A stretch of 64,000 bases of DNA from Camelus dromedarius (Eukaryota), in contig NC_087437.1 in NCBI RefSeq assembly GCF_036321535.1, positions 55,058,001 to 55,122,000 of the forward strand, written 5' to 3'. Shown one piece after another: positions 1 through 13,833 of the stretch; positions within the stretch are counted from its first letter, which is position 1; the number at the start of each line of letters is the position of its first letter. Both the position numbers and the translations under genes were made by a program. The notes beneath the pieces were generated by a model that saw nothing but the letters and a program-made list of their open reading frames with translations, was not told where the DNA came from and searched no databases.

Positions 1-683
1 ATTGTGAGTAGGCAGTCTCCCACCCCACAGCACACCACCCCATATATTTGTTACCAAGTAGCAACTTAAGAGGGGAAAATGATGACTTCCAGCTATGGTG
101 GTTCTGCACAGCTGAATCAGAAGCCCAAGTAAGGAGAGAAGACAAGTCTTACTCAGTTCTGCACTTGGTAAAAGACTTCATGAGTGAAGTTCAGGCAGCC
201 AGGTGATGAGCCGCCTAAAAGGAAGTGGTAGCTGAGCTGGCTGACTTTCCCACGACAGGGAGAGGAGTAGAGAGGATGAAATGCTGGGAGTCCTGCACTT
301 CAGCCATAGAAGGAGATGAGGCAGGAGCCAAATGGTAGGGCGGGAGGCGCGGGGATTCCTTCCTCCAGCTATGTGGCTGGGATACGTGAGTGAATTCAGA
401 GCTTTGAGTGTGTTCTGAGCTGAGTGCTTGCTGGAATGTGGACTGTAAATCTCTCTCATCAGCCTTTTCCTCACTGACCTGCAAACAACCCCTGTTCCTC
501 CCATCTGCTTCCCCACCACCTGCTCTCAGTGTTTCTTTATCTACACAACTTTTTCCATTCTCCTCCTTTCCTCTCCGTCTACCTTTTCATGGTGAATCTC
601 GTTCTTCTCCCAAATGTTTCCATCCGGCCACCTCTTCCCCAGCTATGAGACCCACAGTAGCATAATGTGATCTCTTAACATGT

Positions 684-910
684 ATTCGTTTATCTGCTCG
701 ACAATTATTACTGAGGCCAGTCTCGGTCCCGGGTGCTGTTCTAGTCGTTGAGAGGATACGATGGTGAGCACAACAGTGAGCAAAAGAGACAAAAACCCTG
801 CCTCTAGGGAGCTTCCACTCATAGGGAGAGATAACAAACCAAACAGTCATAAGTTACACAGAATACTGGGGAGCCAATAAGTGCTAAGAGAAAAATAAAC
901 CAGGAGGGAA
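684..910 (-). mobile_element. L2 LINE 3' fragment
   Basis: Degenerate L2 3'-end motifs (ttactgag...gtgctgttctag...ccctgcctctagggagctt). Confidence 0.6.
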
Positions 911-949
911 GAGGGAGAACTGGAAGAGAAGGGACAACAGGTCTCAGCA

Positions 950-1175
950 CCGAGTCAGACAACTTGGGCTGGGGGTGATCACAGCTCCATCTGTCCCAGT
1001 GATGTGACCAGGAAGGTTAACTGACCTCTCTGGGCCTCAGGGTCCTTGTCTTCGTATCGGGGCTCATAAGAGAAATGGGTATCTTCTTGGGTTGCTGTGG
1101 GGATTACATGAGATGATACTTGTTAGGTGCTCAACACAGGGCCCGGTCCCCTGTAAACACTTAATGATTGTTAGT
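950..1175 (+). mobile_element. MIR SINE
   Basis: gagtcagac...gtgacc...acctctctgggcctcag...gttgctgtggggattacatgagat core. Confidence 0.75.
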
Positions 1176-1784
1176 TTGCGTTAGTATGAATGTGATATTG
1201 GCTATTGTATAACATATAAACATCATGCATTGTGTGTATGTTGTGTGCATGGTATTGCTATCTCACTTTGTGCCTGTAATATTCTATTGTTTTCAAAATA
1301 CCTGTATTTTTGTCTGTGTCTCTTTCTCCCCCTGGGCTGAACCTTGGAAGACAATGACCACCTCTTTTGACACCTCTCTCCCCCGTAGTGCCCTGCACAT
1401 CGAGGATTCTGTGTCTGCTTGCTAAATTAGAAACAAATGGGATATCCCTTTCCTAGACACAATGATCTTTTGTTGAAGCCAGTTTTTAGAATCCTTCCCT
1501 AATTCTCGCTGTTCTCATATCACATCTAAACAGGAGCTGCATTCTCTCCCTACCTTTAACCACCATTCCTCCCCACCTCTTACAGAATGCCAAACTCATG
1601 ATCTGGGTCTCACTGACTCATGCACCCCTCTGCTCCTTCACAGAAGCTTCTCGAAGATCATTTTACTATGAATCTAGCCAGTTCCTGTAGTCTCATTCCA
1701 CCTTCACCCAGTCCTAACCATTTCTGTCTGTTGGGAGTCACTCACTTCCCTGCCAAAACCCATATGCATGCCCTATACCTCTAG

Positions 1785-1995
1785 TAATAATGTTTTCTAC
1801 AGCTGCTTGACATTTTCTAGTAGAAGACCAATTTCATACATTTTCTCATTTGACGCTAAAAACAACTGTATGAGGTACAGACTTCAGATATTATCAGCTG
1901 CTTGTTTCTGATAAGAAAACAGAAGCTCAGAGAGGTGAATGCAAGTACACGTGGCTAAACATGGCAGAGTCACACCCGAATTCCTATCATCTGGA
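1785..1995 (-). mobile_element. MIR SINE
   Basis: gataagaaaacagaagctcagagaggtgaat reverse MIR core. Confidence 0.7.
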
Positions 1996-4900
1996 GCAAT
2001 AATACTAAATGTGAAAATGTCCATGCCTGCCACTTGGATGAACCAGAATTCTCACCCCAGTTTTTCCGTTTACTCACCTATGATCCTGGAAAATGCCTTA
2101 AAGTCTCAGTTGTGGCCATCAAGTGAGATAACGTCTATGCAAATGTTGTTGGCTGCACATCAGCAAATGATTGCAGGTGATTATTACTATTAAAATAATA
2201 GTCATTTGTCAGTAAATATTTGTCAAAGCCGGTCCACACTTACGGAGACAGGCTCTCCAGGGAAGCTGCCGATGTGAAGATAGGGAGGAGACAGCCCCCG
2301 TTTGGAGTTGCGTCACCGAGCCTGGATTCCCCATGGTACATTTCAGGTCTTGCTTCAGGAATTTGTTTTTTGTTTTGTTTGGAAGGAACAAGAAGGCCCT
2401 GGAGCCAATTATGTTGTCATCAAACTTCGTTGGTAATTAGGCTCCAAAGCAAACCTGTGGCAGCGAGATAGAGTTGAAACTTGAATTCCTTTCCACAGGT
2501 GGTGGGTTGGATCCTAGAGGCAGTGTATACAGCTTGGCTTTTTGTGTGCTTCTGCATGCAGGAAGATTCAGGAGAATCTGGGGAAAGCAATTAGCGACGC
2601 TCTGTCTGCAGGCAGAACTGGTTTGAACATGTCTGTCTGTTCTTGAAGGGCTGTTGGAGCCTTGGCAGTTCAACTGATGAAAGATTTCACTAAGCAAAAT
2701 GTCTTCACTTACAAATCCAGCCACTTCACACTCTCAGCCAGCCCCAAACTCATTTATTTTCTTTAGAGTCCTTCCCACAGCCACGAACCACGATGAAGTA
2801 CATTAATCCCCAGGAGCTCAAGAAATTATGAGGATGTTTAATCTGTCCATTCGGGGCTATCTCAGCAAAGCACTGCTGGTTCTTTTTGTTCAGACTATTT
2901 ATGTACTGTGATTCACCTCATTTAGAAGAGAAAAATGTTTATACATGTATTTTCAGGGTCTATGTAGTATCTATGCGTATATTGTATTACTATTGAAAGT
3001 ATCACTACTTTATTGTAGATTTGTTCTGCCCACCTCAGGAAGAATAAAACCAAGATCTTATTATTAAAGCCAAAATCTTCCACAAACCACTCCTTTTTAA
3101 AACTTAGATTAGAAAAGGTTCATTCAGCCAAATATCTGCATAGCGTTTTATATGGGTCCCACAAAAGTGTGTCCTACCTTTGGTCTGAATCTTACCTGTC
3201 TCTGTACACACCCTGTTTCCCTGTCAGCATGATGACACATGTCGTGGTAGCAAGTGGCGGCAACGTACGGAAATGTGCTATCGGTTCTACATTGGGTGGC
3301 TTAACTCTTTATCAAACCTACTTTGTTATTTCTTTGTTGATTTCAGTTTTCATTTTTTGTTTTTCTTGGTCTTGGGTTTTGGTTTTGGTTTGCTTTGCTT
3401 TAGTTTTTATTTTGCAATCTAGACCTGAGGTCCGGTGCTAATTTGAAAGCTAGTGTAAAATACATGCACCTGGTTCCTTGGAGTTCTCTGGCTGATGATC
3501 TCAGTTGTTCAGATGTTGTGCTACTGGCCTTCCCCACCAGAGAGGTTACCTGCTTCCTCATCTTTGATCCTAGAGAACTTTTCACCAACCTACCGTAAGT
3601 CCCATCTTGAAATTTTAACTTAATTCCTCAGTTTCCCCCACTAGGTGGTGAGCTCTTGCAATGCAGAGGACCTCCTTGTCGAGTTCATTACCACCCAATG
3701 CCTGGCACAAGGCCATACAGAAAGCTGATGCTCCATAACTGCTTATATGTTCATTGGTTACACTTTTCTCATGGCCCAGAGAACATGGTCTTAATTTTTG
3801 CCATAGCATCTAGGGCACTGAGTGAGAGGATCTGAATGGTCAGTGATGATCCATGTGGGAAGCTCGCAAATTACAGGTGGATGATGTCCCAGTCATTCAG
3901 AGATGAGTGAGTGTTCCCACTCACAGACCCTGACAGAATTCATTTCAGCCTGCCCTTTTCAGAGAGGAGGCAGTCAATCATGAGAGAGGCTTTGCCTCAC
4001 TGAGAGCCCTGGGAAGACTTTGTGGCAGAGCCACTTTCTACTTGGTTCAGTATATTTTCCTTACTGTGTGTCCTCATTTTATCACAGACACATGTCAATT
4101 AGTTGCATCCCTTAGCTGACAAGGAAACTCATCAAATCCAGTGTTAGGTGAAATCATTATTCACGGGTCCTGACGCTACTAGAGAATAAGCTGTAAGGCA
4201 AGTGAGAAAGAGCTGCAGCAGCCATCAGTGGTGGCAGCAAGGAAAAACATCTGCTGCTGTGAGGAGCGGCTCCCTGCACTGCGATGTCAGCAGAGTGCGC
4301 GTGGGCGGGGGGCTGTGCCCATCCCTACCTAAAGGGAGAGGCGTCTTTAATGAGGGAGCAGCTCCTGAATCAAGGGCGAGCCTCTCTGCCCAGTCCTCAT
4401 AGGCAAGGACAATAGTTTGTGTTGCAGGGAAACCATTGTAATTGCCTGACATGTGCATCTTGTTCCTGTGCACGTCTTTGCATTTTTGACAAAGAAAACA
4501 AGGGCTTTGGAACGTATCTTGTGAACACCTGTCCGCCAGGATTTAGAACAAAGGCTTTCAGGCAATTTTGCCTTTTATTTCAGATAAGTTTCATATATTA
4601 CTTCTGTCCAGAACTGTAGGGTCATGTTAGGCTTTTCGAAACTCCAGGAAATGTTTATTTTCATTTTCTTTAAAGAAGGGGGAGAATAAAGAAAAATGTA
4701 TCAAAGGCTTCCACTGCCAAACTGCTGTTTTCACTTCTCAGTGTGTGAGCTTTGGCTTCCCCGCGCCTTCAGCCTGATACTCTTTGATGTTGTCCCTTTA
4801 AGCATAAAGTAAAAGATTATTCTCTTTGGTCTATAGGCTCGGAGGAGGGCAAAGACAAAACATTCCTGCGTGTTCCTATTTCTTTAGCAGTACATGGTGC

Positions 4901-7384
4901 TGGTCTTAGCGCTTTCCTATTTGCCCTAGACTTAGACAATAAGCATCTGGTGTGTGTGCCATGACTTCCCAGTTTTGTCAGCTTTCCAGTGCTCTACGGA
5001 GTTCCTTCGTATTGTTTCTCTGTGAGCACCTTGACAAGGACGGCATCCATGAGCTGAATCCTCACTCTATCCCTGCGGTGCTTATAATTATGCTTTGCAC
5101 ACAATAGAGGCTCAGCACAGGAAGGAACTCATGGATGAATTTTCCGTTTGATTCTAGGAGCTGTTTAATTCTATTAGATGCACCACCTCAGTTTTCATAA
5201 GACATTTAATTGGTACATATTTCTTATTGCTTTTTAATACCTAAATAAATGGTTTGTGTTACTTTCAGTAGAGCCCAAATGAATAGAAATTAAAGTATTT
5301 CCAACTACAGAGTTAATCTTTTCAAGATCTTCCCACAAATGGCATTGGGTCCATGAGACTTGATTCCTGGGTTTCATGGCCAGTTTGGTTGCCTAATTTT
5401 GTGTTCATGTGGCAGAAAATCCTAAACTCTCAGAGCTGCACAGGCTTTTAGAGATCCTATCTAAATCCTTATCATTTACAGATGAGGAAGCTGACAAATT
5501 TGCATTCTTTATGGTTAGTGAATTAATTAGGAGTTTGTACATTCCTTGATCAAGATATTCTGTGTATAGTCACAATATGGTTTTCAATAAAAATGTCGTA
5601 TTACTCTGTTTTGGGGCTGTTCCTAGACTGACTGGTTCTAGAGGTAGAGAAGAACAAAGAAGCAATCTGGGCTACCTGCTTAACTGGCCGCGTTGCTACG
5701 CCCACTGTCAGGCAGGACCTCTGTCCTTTGTGCCTTTAGCTACATTGGGGTTGCTTTTGGGCAGGTGAAAGGAGAATAGTCATTTTCATAATCAGCTGAG
5801 AAATTCAGTCTGTCCTGCTGTCCGTGTTCTTATTTTCTGACAAGTCTTGAAATTGCCCGTATTTCAAGCTTGCTGGCCAGTGACTGAGTGTTAAAGCCAT
5901 CGTTTCTCTGTCTATGCCTGCAGCCCTGCTTTCCAAAATCTGTTCCACCTTAGAGGGCTCTCTAAGTATTGGCATTAGTTGGAGAAAAATTAAAAACTTG
6001 ACAAGAGCAAGTTAGGAAATGTGAAGGGATATGAAGAAAGGGAGGCAGAGCGGCTGTGAAATGAGTCTTGCTTGGGTTTATAAGATCTGGGTCTGAATCC
6101 TCGCACCATGTCCTTTTGGCTTTATGGCTTTGGGAAAGTCAGGAACCCAGGAAGCCTGGTCTCCCTGTCTGTCTCGTATGGGAAAGTGTGAAACAGCTTT
6201 GGACCAGAGACCAACCTATGCAAGTTCATAGTATTAAAAGCCACTCTCTCTAGTGGTTCCTAGTCTGAGTCTTGTTTGGTCGGGTAGCTTCTGACGAGTA
6301 ACTATCTCAAATGACGGTCAACATTTACTTAACACTTTATGGCTTACAAAGTACTTTATTATTAATTTATCATTCTACTATTGCTAATATTACCTAGTGA
6401 TATTCTAGTATTAAAATACATGTTCTCTTTTACTTTAGTATTCTACTACTGAATAATAGAATGTTAATATAGATATATTTTCTGTTCTACATAAATCTAG
6501 AATGTATTAAATAACAGAATGTAGTAGAATGTTGGATGTATTGTGATCTACATTTCATAGATAAAAGAAGAGAGATTCTTGGAGAATAAAAGACTTTGTG
6601 ACATATTTGCTTCTGAATAATGGGGGAGATTGAAAGCCACATTTTGAAACTCCTAAACCCATATTCTTTCCTAAGGCTATGTAGGTCCTAAACATTTGAC
6701 ATGATCAGAGTCATACAGAAAGGTTATCCAGCCCCTCACCCCTGCCTGTCTCCTCTTTCTCTCAAAATACTCCAGAGAGAACTTTGTTCTTCGAAAATGT
6801 ACAGCCTTAAGTTGGAAATAGCTCCATGTCACACTAGTGTATTTTATTCCCCATTTAAAAATGTGAAATTCAGTTTCTTATAAGACTTTGGAAGTTAAAC
6901 CTGGGGGGTAGGAGTCACAGTTTGCAGTGGTAGCTCCCACACCTCTGTCTGCTCACGGCTTGATAAGAATCTCAAAAGAAGATGTCTTTAGGAGAGAGAA
7001 CCCTGACTGCTCCTACGAGCAGGGAAAGGCAGTTGGGCTACACAAAGCCTCTGTAAACTCTGAAGCTGGTGGACAGTCTGGTGTGTAAACAGGGAAAAGG
7101 TTTTATTGGTGCTTTTAATAGAGTCTTAACTAAATATCTAAAAGCTGTCTGCAAGTGTCAGTTGTTAACCTTGGTTAGATTTCAAGGCCCATAGCTCCCT
7201 TATGAACCCAACGAAGATAACTGATGTTTATTCTGTACTTAGAGCCCCCAAGCCTCCAGCAAACATTTTGCACATCACTTCTAGGACTAGCAGTAAATGT
7301 GGTAATCATTGTCAAGACTGTGCTCACACGTCTGCTAAAAGGGTTATTTTTTGAGTCAACAGCAAGAGAGAGGGGAGAAGCCAT

Positions 7385-7545
7385 AAGACTGAATCAGACA
7401 GGCCTGCATACAAAACCCAGCTTCACCACGTAAATGTTATACAGCTCATCCAGGATAAGTACTTCACTTTTCTGAACTTCAGTTTTACTGTCCACAAATA
7501 GTAAATGATAAATGTCTGCTTTACAAGTAAGATATGAGGGAAAAA
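7385..7545 (+). mobile_element. MIR SINE
   Basis: gaatcagacagg...acttcacttttctgaacttcagtttt core. Confidence 0.6.
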
Positions 7546-9084
7546 ATGCACCAATCAAGTTACTTTAGGCTGTTCAGTGTTATTCCTGTCCTAGTTCCTA
7601 GAATACCCAAAACATAAAGATTTATCACTAGACAGACATAGCCCCCACCATATGTTTTCCTATTCTTTCATATTCTAAGAAACTCAAGATTTCCTTCCTT
7701 TTTCCAACTCTTGGTAGAGGCAGAGAGTTCAGGTCTTTGTCCACCTGGGAACCAGTATCTGTGAATCCAAGGGGTGGTTGGGTGGGCAACTGTGTTTTAC
7801 CTACATGCAACCATGTTTTCCTCTCAGAGCTAGGGGACCAGACGTTGCGACTGGGAGAGGAAGCCATAACGCTGTTCCCCAGACTCGGGGAAGACATTAT
7901 GCCACCCCTTGTCACAGTGAATCCCTGCATATGTAGAGGGCTGGACTTTGACTTCCACTGTGTCCTTTAGTTCTCTCCACCGCACAAAGGGACGCTGTTA
8001 TCCTTGTTGTACAGATGAGGAAACCGCAGTGATGCTCCCTGCCCATGATGTGAAATTGCATGAGCCGGTACTAGCATCCTGGCCTGCTCTGGAATCCAGT
8101 AACGTTCTTCCCCACCTCCATCCAGCCTTGTTCCCGGCTCCCTCGGGCCCCCAGAGCAAGCTCAGGCTCAGTATGCAGTGAAGATGGAGCAGTCTGGTGG
8201 GGTGGTACCCAGACCTCGTGGGAAAATGGTGCTGTCTCTGGGATCTGCTTTTCTTCTTCTCAGGTCCCAAGGCACCGTTACGGTGGGCTGTGGGGCCGTC
8301 ACACCGTCCCTGGCCTGTCAGGAGAAGTAGGAGAGCACCAGGGCTGGCGTTACACTGCAGTTCCTTTATTAAGGCCAGCCTGGCAGTAAAATGTGCTTGT
8401 GAGTCACAGTCTGTGTCAGCTCACTTGGAAGACACATTAGAAAAGCAATCTGTATAATTGTACGTGGATGCTTCTAGTATTCTTGGTGACAGTGCTTTAT
8501 AAAGCTGGATGTCTGAAGGCAGGCTAGCTTTAAGACATCGCCCAAGGCCATGGGCCGGTGTGGTACAGTGAAAAGTGCTTATCCGAAAAACAGAAAACTA
8601 ACTTCTAGTCCTGCCTCTTCTGGGGAAGTCACCTGCCCTTTCTGAATCTGTTTTCACAACCACCCAGTTTTGTGCTTGAACCAGATGATTTCAAGCATCC
8701 CTTCCTTGTCTGAGATTATTCTTTAGCTTTTCTGTGTAAGGAGTTGATTGAAAGAGCTGATTGAAAAAGCTGCAAATCTCATTATGAAAAAAGGTTACGT
8801 TATGAATAGGAGCTATTTAAGGCAGCAAAGAAATAGAGCGTCCCTTTCTAATGATGTCCGTCCTTAAAAAAAGAAAAAGCATAATTTTAGTTTCTCTCTT
8901 TGCACTTCGAGAGTTAAACCCTTGCTTAGCAAGGACATTCATTATGTTAAATGGGCTGTAAAATTAATGGTTTCCCTATTTTTATTTATTTATTTTATTT
9001 TTTTATATTTTGTATATTCTATAACATTTATTTATAATATCACTTGTTAATATCGTTCTTGCTTTCTTCTTGCCTTTTTTCATG

Positions 9085-9470
9085 TTTGATAGAGGCATAA
9101 TTTACATGCAATGAAATACTCAGTGTGTGAGTGTCTCTGTCGGTGGCCTCTAAACTATCAATGAGATTTGACAGTTGTGTCACCCCAGAAATTTCCCGCG
9201 TGACTCTCTCCAACTGATACCCACTTGCCATCCTCAAAGGCAACTACTTTCCAACCTCTGTCACCATAAATTACTTGTCTTTTAAAAGAACTCAGATAAA
9301 TAGAATCATACCCTATTTATTTTTGCATCTGGATTCTTCATTCAACGTGCAGGTTTCTGAGATTCATCCATCCATTCATCCGTGTTGTTGTATCATCAGT
9401 CGGTTCCTTTTTATCACTGAGAAGTATTCTGCTGTACGAACATACCCCCAATTCCTTTACCCATTGTCCC
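9085..9470 (-). mobile_element. Old L1 (L1M-type) 3' fragment
   Basis: ataaatagaatcatac...tctggattcttcattcaac...tttctgagattcatccat...gtattctgctgtacgaacatacc typical of antisense L1M 3' ends. Confidence 0.8.
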
Positions 9471-10185
9471 CTTTTTTTATTTGGTCATGAGTTTATATAA
9501 GTGGGATATAAGTATTGAAACTTTGGGGCAAATCCACCTTCTGTTCAGTCCCAAGGGTCTCAGGTGTTGTCATGAGGAGCCCTGACACCAACCTCAGCCA
9601 CTAGGCATTTACCTCTGCTTCTTGTAGTAGCTGTTTATTACTTCATTGTTTCCACTAGTGTCTCGTCGAAGTGGGAAGAACATTGGCCTGAGAGTCAAGA
9701 GACCTGTGTTCAGACAGCAGCTCTGTCCCCACTCAGCGGTGTAACTGGCCGCTTCATCACCAAGCCTCACCTCTCCATCAGTAGAACAGTCTGGTTGGAT
9801 AGGATAAGCCTTCAGCTCTTTGAGAGCAGAGATCTACGGTTCTTTGCAAACCCCCCTTCTGGGCTGTAGACACCTCACTGTTCCCCATCAGTCCTGGGAT
9901 TTCACTCTCTTGCATCTTTGTGGTGAAGTATCCAAGGCATCAGATTATTCAAGAAAATACCTCTGGTCTCTCTTCCTCTCCCACGCTCCACACGCCCCTT
10001 TTGTAGACTTGGAGCAGAGAGAAGAAGTGTTGTCTGGATCTTGCCGCAAGAAAGATTCCTCTGAAAAGTGTTGGTCCTAAATTTTTACCTGTTTGTCAGG
10101 TTCTTAAATACTATTTATTTGCAAAGCTAATCAACGATGTCATCCTGTATTATAGCTTTTATTCTACTTCAAAACTACACTGTGA

Positions 10186-10316
10186 GGGGAGTGTACAGCT
10201 CAGTGGTAGGGAGTGTACTTAGCATGCACGAGGTCGTGGGTTCAATCCCCAGTACCTCCATTAACATAAACATACAAACAAACAAACAAACAAACCTAAT
10301 CCCTCCCCCCAAAAAA
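10186..10316 (+). mobile_element. tRNA-Ala-derived SINE (camelid vic-1-like)
   Basis: A box (cagctcagtgg), B box (ggttcaatccc), ends tacctcca, (CAAA)n tail, aacctaat..ccccc motif; possible TSD acactgtg/acattgtg. Confidence 0.9.
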
Positions 10317-10914
10317 CCCCCCACATTGTGGATGTGTTCTTTCTGTCTCCCTCCCATACTTAACTATTGTTTTTGGTGGCAGCTTTTAAATTATTGACTT
10401 CAGTGTTTTCCTTCTGTTTGTACTAACAGTTGTGTCGTCTGAGTTTAGACACCAGCGTCCAAGTGCTGGCCTACCTGCATGTCAGCTGGTCCTGGGCTGG
10501 TACTATTCTCTCGGCAACGTCTGTCTTACTTTAGAGCTCTGCTTACTAAATAACCCCTCTCCTTCTCGTCACAACTCACAGGGAAAAAGGGCCTTTGAAA
10601 CACAATCCCTCTCCCTACGGGAAATGCTTTCTATGAATTTTTTATTTTAAAGGCAAACTTTGCTTCGATTTAAGAAATAATATCTGTCCCTGGAATGAAA
10701 TGAGCTGGAGGGAGTTGGGCAGTGAAGGAGGAGGGTGTTTTTCCAGCTTTCCTTAAGTCAATAATATAATTATTTTGGAAACCAAGGGAGTTTAGAGGTT
10801 AGTATATTTACCCGTACATAGTGGAAAATTCAGAATTGCATCTCTAAGCAAAAATGGATTTGGGAAGTATCTATCATTTTTATTATCCATCTCCCTGGAT
10901 ACATTCTTCACAGT

Positions 10915-11120
10915 AGTTTGGACAGGAAAGAGCATGGACTTGCAGAGTCAGAAAGGCTAATTTTTTATCTTGGCCCAGCTATGTTCCGGTTGAGCGAATT
11001 TGGAAAATCACTTAGCCTCTCTCAGCCTTAATATTTTTATCTGTTAATTGGGAATAATAATATCTATTTCTCAAGGTTGTTTTGAGGATCTTAGGTAATA
11101 CATATAAAATTCATGGCATG
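10915..11120 (+). mobile_element. MIR SINE
   Basis: gagtcagaa...tcacttagcctctctcagcct...ctgttaattgggaataataatatcta...gttgttttgagga. Confidence 0.8.
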
Positions 11121-12139
11121 TAAGGTGGGAACCAGATGAAGGTTGTAATGCAGTCACTTTGGAGTTGTCGTTTCTGCTACTTCTCATTATGACATCAAAA
11201 TTAAAGCCTAAAATTTTAATCTCTGACTTTGGAACTTCCAAAACAAAATGTAAACTTCACACTCACAGAATCTAAGACCTTTCACTATTGTCTTATATCT
11301 TACCAAATTGTGATTAGCTCCAGAAAATCATATTTTAAAGGTTTTCCAGGGAAGGACCAGGAGGGCCATAATCAGAACGTTTACTGAGTGACCACACTCT
11401 GTACTGCATGGCAGAGATAAGACCTCTGTATGGATAGATGTCTCCTGATTGTGTAGTCGAGGCCCACACAGCCCGAGCATCTGAAAATCATCCTCCTGTC
11501 ACTCGAAAGTGTGAGGGCGGATGGTAAAATGCTTGGGAGAGATTTAAAAATTCAATGGGCTTGAGGGAGGATTAGAGTGAATTGCAAAAAAAAAGGCCAC
11601 ACCATAAAGTGAATTTTTGCTTGCAAGAGACGCATTATTTATCTGGAATTTTGGACTGTCCTCTCTTCAGGTCACTGTTTGGAACGCTTGTCATTTGTTC
11701 TTCTTGATCGCACACAAGTGAGACACATATCTAAGCAGGTCTTTACATCCAGCTTCTTTTATAAATTTCCTCTGGTGTATCCTTGACAAGAAGAGCGCTG
11801 TTAATGGAGACAGTGTGCTCTGACACGGGAGCTCTCTTGTCCCTGTCAAAGGCTGACTCTGCGACCCAGGAGCAAGTTGATTCAGACACAAGGTGAAGAA
11901 GGCCCTATCTGCAGTGGGCTGAGAGCCCATCCCAGAAAGATGCTGCCCGGCTGCAAAGTGTTTACTGTTGTGCTTGCCTCAGACAAGGAAGGTGGTTATA
12001 ACTGCTGCCTGGACTTCCAGGCTAACCTTTTGTCTTCTACACCCAGCTTTTCTAGTTTTTACCAAACCAGAGGAGGATTTACACTGTTAACCTCAACAAA
12101 ATCAACACACAGGCTTTTTTGCATTTGAGCTTCTATTTA

Positions 12140-13320
12140 GTCATTCATTAGTCAGTGTTCCTATTGCATCCTTGTTGTTTTGTACCAGACGCTGTGCCCG
12201 GGGATGCCAAAGACGGGTAGGACTTGGTCCCTTTTCAAGAACCTCAAAACAGGGTGGGAGGGATAAATGTACAAAAAAGCAGAACGCAGTGTAAAAATAC
12301 CACAAAAGCGTACCTGAAAATGTTTTATGGATGAAGAAGAGGTAGCAGCCAGTTCTGCCTGAGAGGGACTAACTCAGGGAAGACATCAGAAGAGGGCACA
12401 TCTGGCTACCAAGGGGGTAAGTTAAGGACATGTTCAGGGAAAGGGAAGCATCTGGTTTGGCTGGAATGTAGGTTACATAAGAGGAGTGGCTGGCTGAGTG
12501 TCCGGTAGTGTCAAAATTGTGAAAGTTCTTACCATGCTGCAAGGAGCTGGATTTCTCCTGTAGGCGTAGAGCGATCTTTTTATGGTTTCTAGGTAAGGCA
12601 GAGATGTGATGCTGTCCATGCTGTAGGAGTACACTCAGACAGGGTAGCCTAGGGGATCAAGTAGAGTAGGGCAGAGGTCACACACTGGCTGCTGTCCTGT
12701 CAGATTCCAGGGGGATATGTTTTGGTTGATATTCAAAAGATTTTTTAAAAATTGTTCAACTAATTGCAAACTAAAATTTTGGAGATTTCACATAAAAATC
12801 CAGATTTCCAGCTTCTGCTAAAAAGCGGCATTCCCGATTTCTGCCTGGTCACAATCAGCTAGAAATGAGAAGCACCTTCATCTGTGGCTGAGGCAGGCAT
12901 TCTGCAGTTTGCCACAGTGCTCCGCCCCCACAGTTTATTTCTTACACATCACTCACTGATACCTTTCTGGGTCTTGTATTTGAATATGAGACTTCTGGAG
13001 TCGAGCAAACCCTGTGTCAGAAAGACCCTTGATGGATGACGTTGCAGTTTGACAGCCAGGAATGATGGGACCCTGAAGAGGGTGCAAGCGGTGGGGATGG
13101 AGAGGAGGACAAGGACAGATTGACTGATGGCTTGGATGCGTAAGGGATGGGAGAGATGAAGTCAAAGAAGACTCTCAGGTTTTTGTTTCGGATGATAAGT
13201 TGGATTCCCATAAAATCAGAAACACAGGCAGAAGAGAAGGCTTTGGAAAGATGTCAGTGTGTTCAGTGTGACCCTTTGTAGTTCAAGGCTTGGGAAAATA
13301 TTGACAAGACTATTGAAAAT
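12140..13320 (-). mobile_element. L2 LINE fragments interrupted by MER102
   Basis: Starts tcattcattagtc...; gatgaagtcaaagaagactctcaggttt... on the far side of the MER102 insert. Confidence 0.6.
12672..12997 (+). mobile_element. MER102-like hAT-Charlie DNA transposon
   Basis: Ends cagaggtcaca.../...gagacttctg; internal ggagatttcacataaaaatccagatttccagcttct; 8-bp flanks gagtaggg/gagtcgag (6/8) fit a hAT TSD. Confidence 0.75.
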
Positions 13321-13692
13321 ACACTTGTAGGTCAGTAGCCTAGCTGGTTAGAAAGTACTGTACTAAAGGACAAAAGCTTATTATTATGACTGAAGGAGGC
13401 GATACATTTTTTTCATTGTCTGTCTCATACCCTTCGTCTTGAACTCTAACAGGTTTTTCAGGGCAAATATCTGTCCTTGAAACCAAGAGAACAAGTAAGG
13501 AAACGGGGAGGTGTGAAATGCCCAGAGTGGGCTTATTACTGTAAATGATGTTTCATAGTGGAAACAGCAGAAACGGCCCTTAGTTCAGATGATGTGAAAG
13601 AAATGGGCAATGTTAAAATACAAATTTAAAATGGGTTATAGCTATTAGGTAGAATTTCTTATGGGGGAAATATGTTAATACAAAGCCTGCAG

Positions 13693-13833
13693 CAGGGCTG
13701 GGACTAGGGTAAGGGAAGCGAGGTCCCTGGGAACCAAACTGAGATTCTCAGGCACTTGGAGGACCCTGAAAGTGGCACCTCCTTAAATTTTGCTCCCTAG
13801 GTGCCTGACTTGCTTCACCTAATCCTGGCCCTG
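13693..13833. mobile_element. MER96-like palindromic hAT MITE
   Basis: Inverted ends cagggctgggactagggtaagg / cttcacctaatcctggccctg; cctccttaaattttgc internal motif. Confidence 0.75.

Noticed and set aside
3638..3652. CTCF-like ccactaggtggtga
   Set aside because: Lacks the core GGC and lies inside an L2 3'-end remnant
10186..10260. Functional tRNA-Ala gene (also 25855-25929 and 61962-62039)
   Set aside because: Stem mismatches, A-rich tails and flanking TSDs indicate SINE copies
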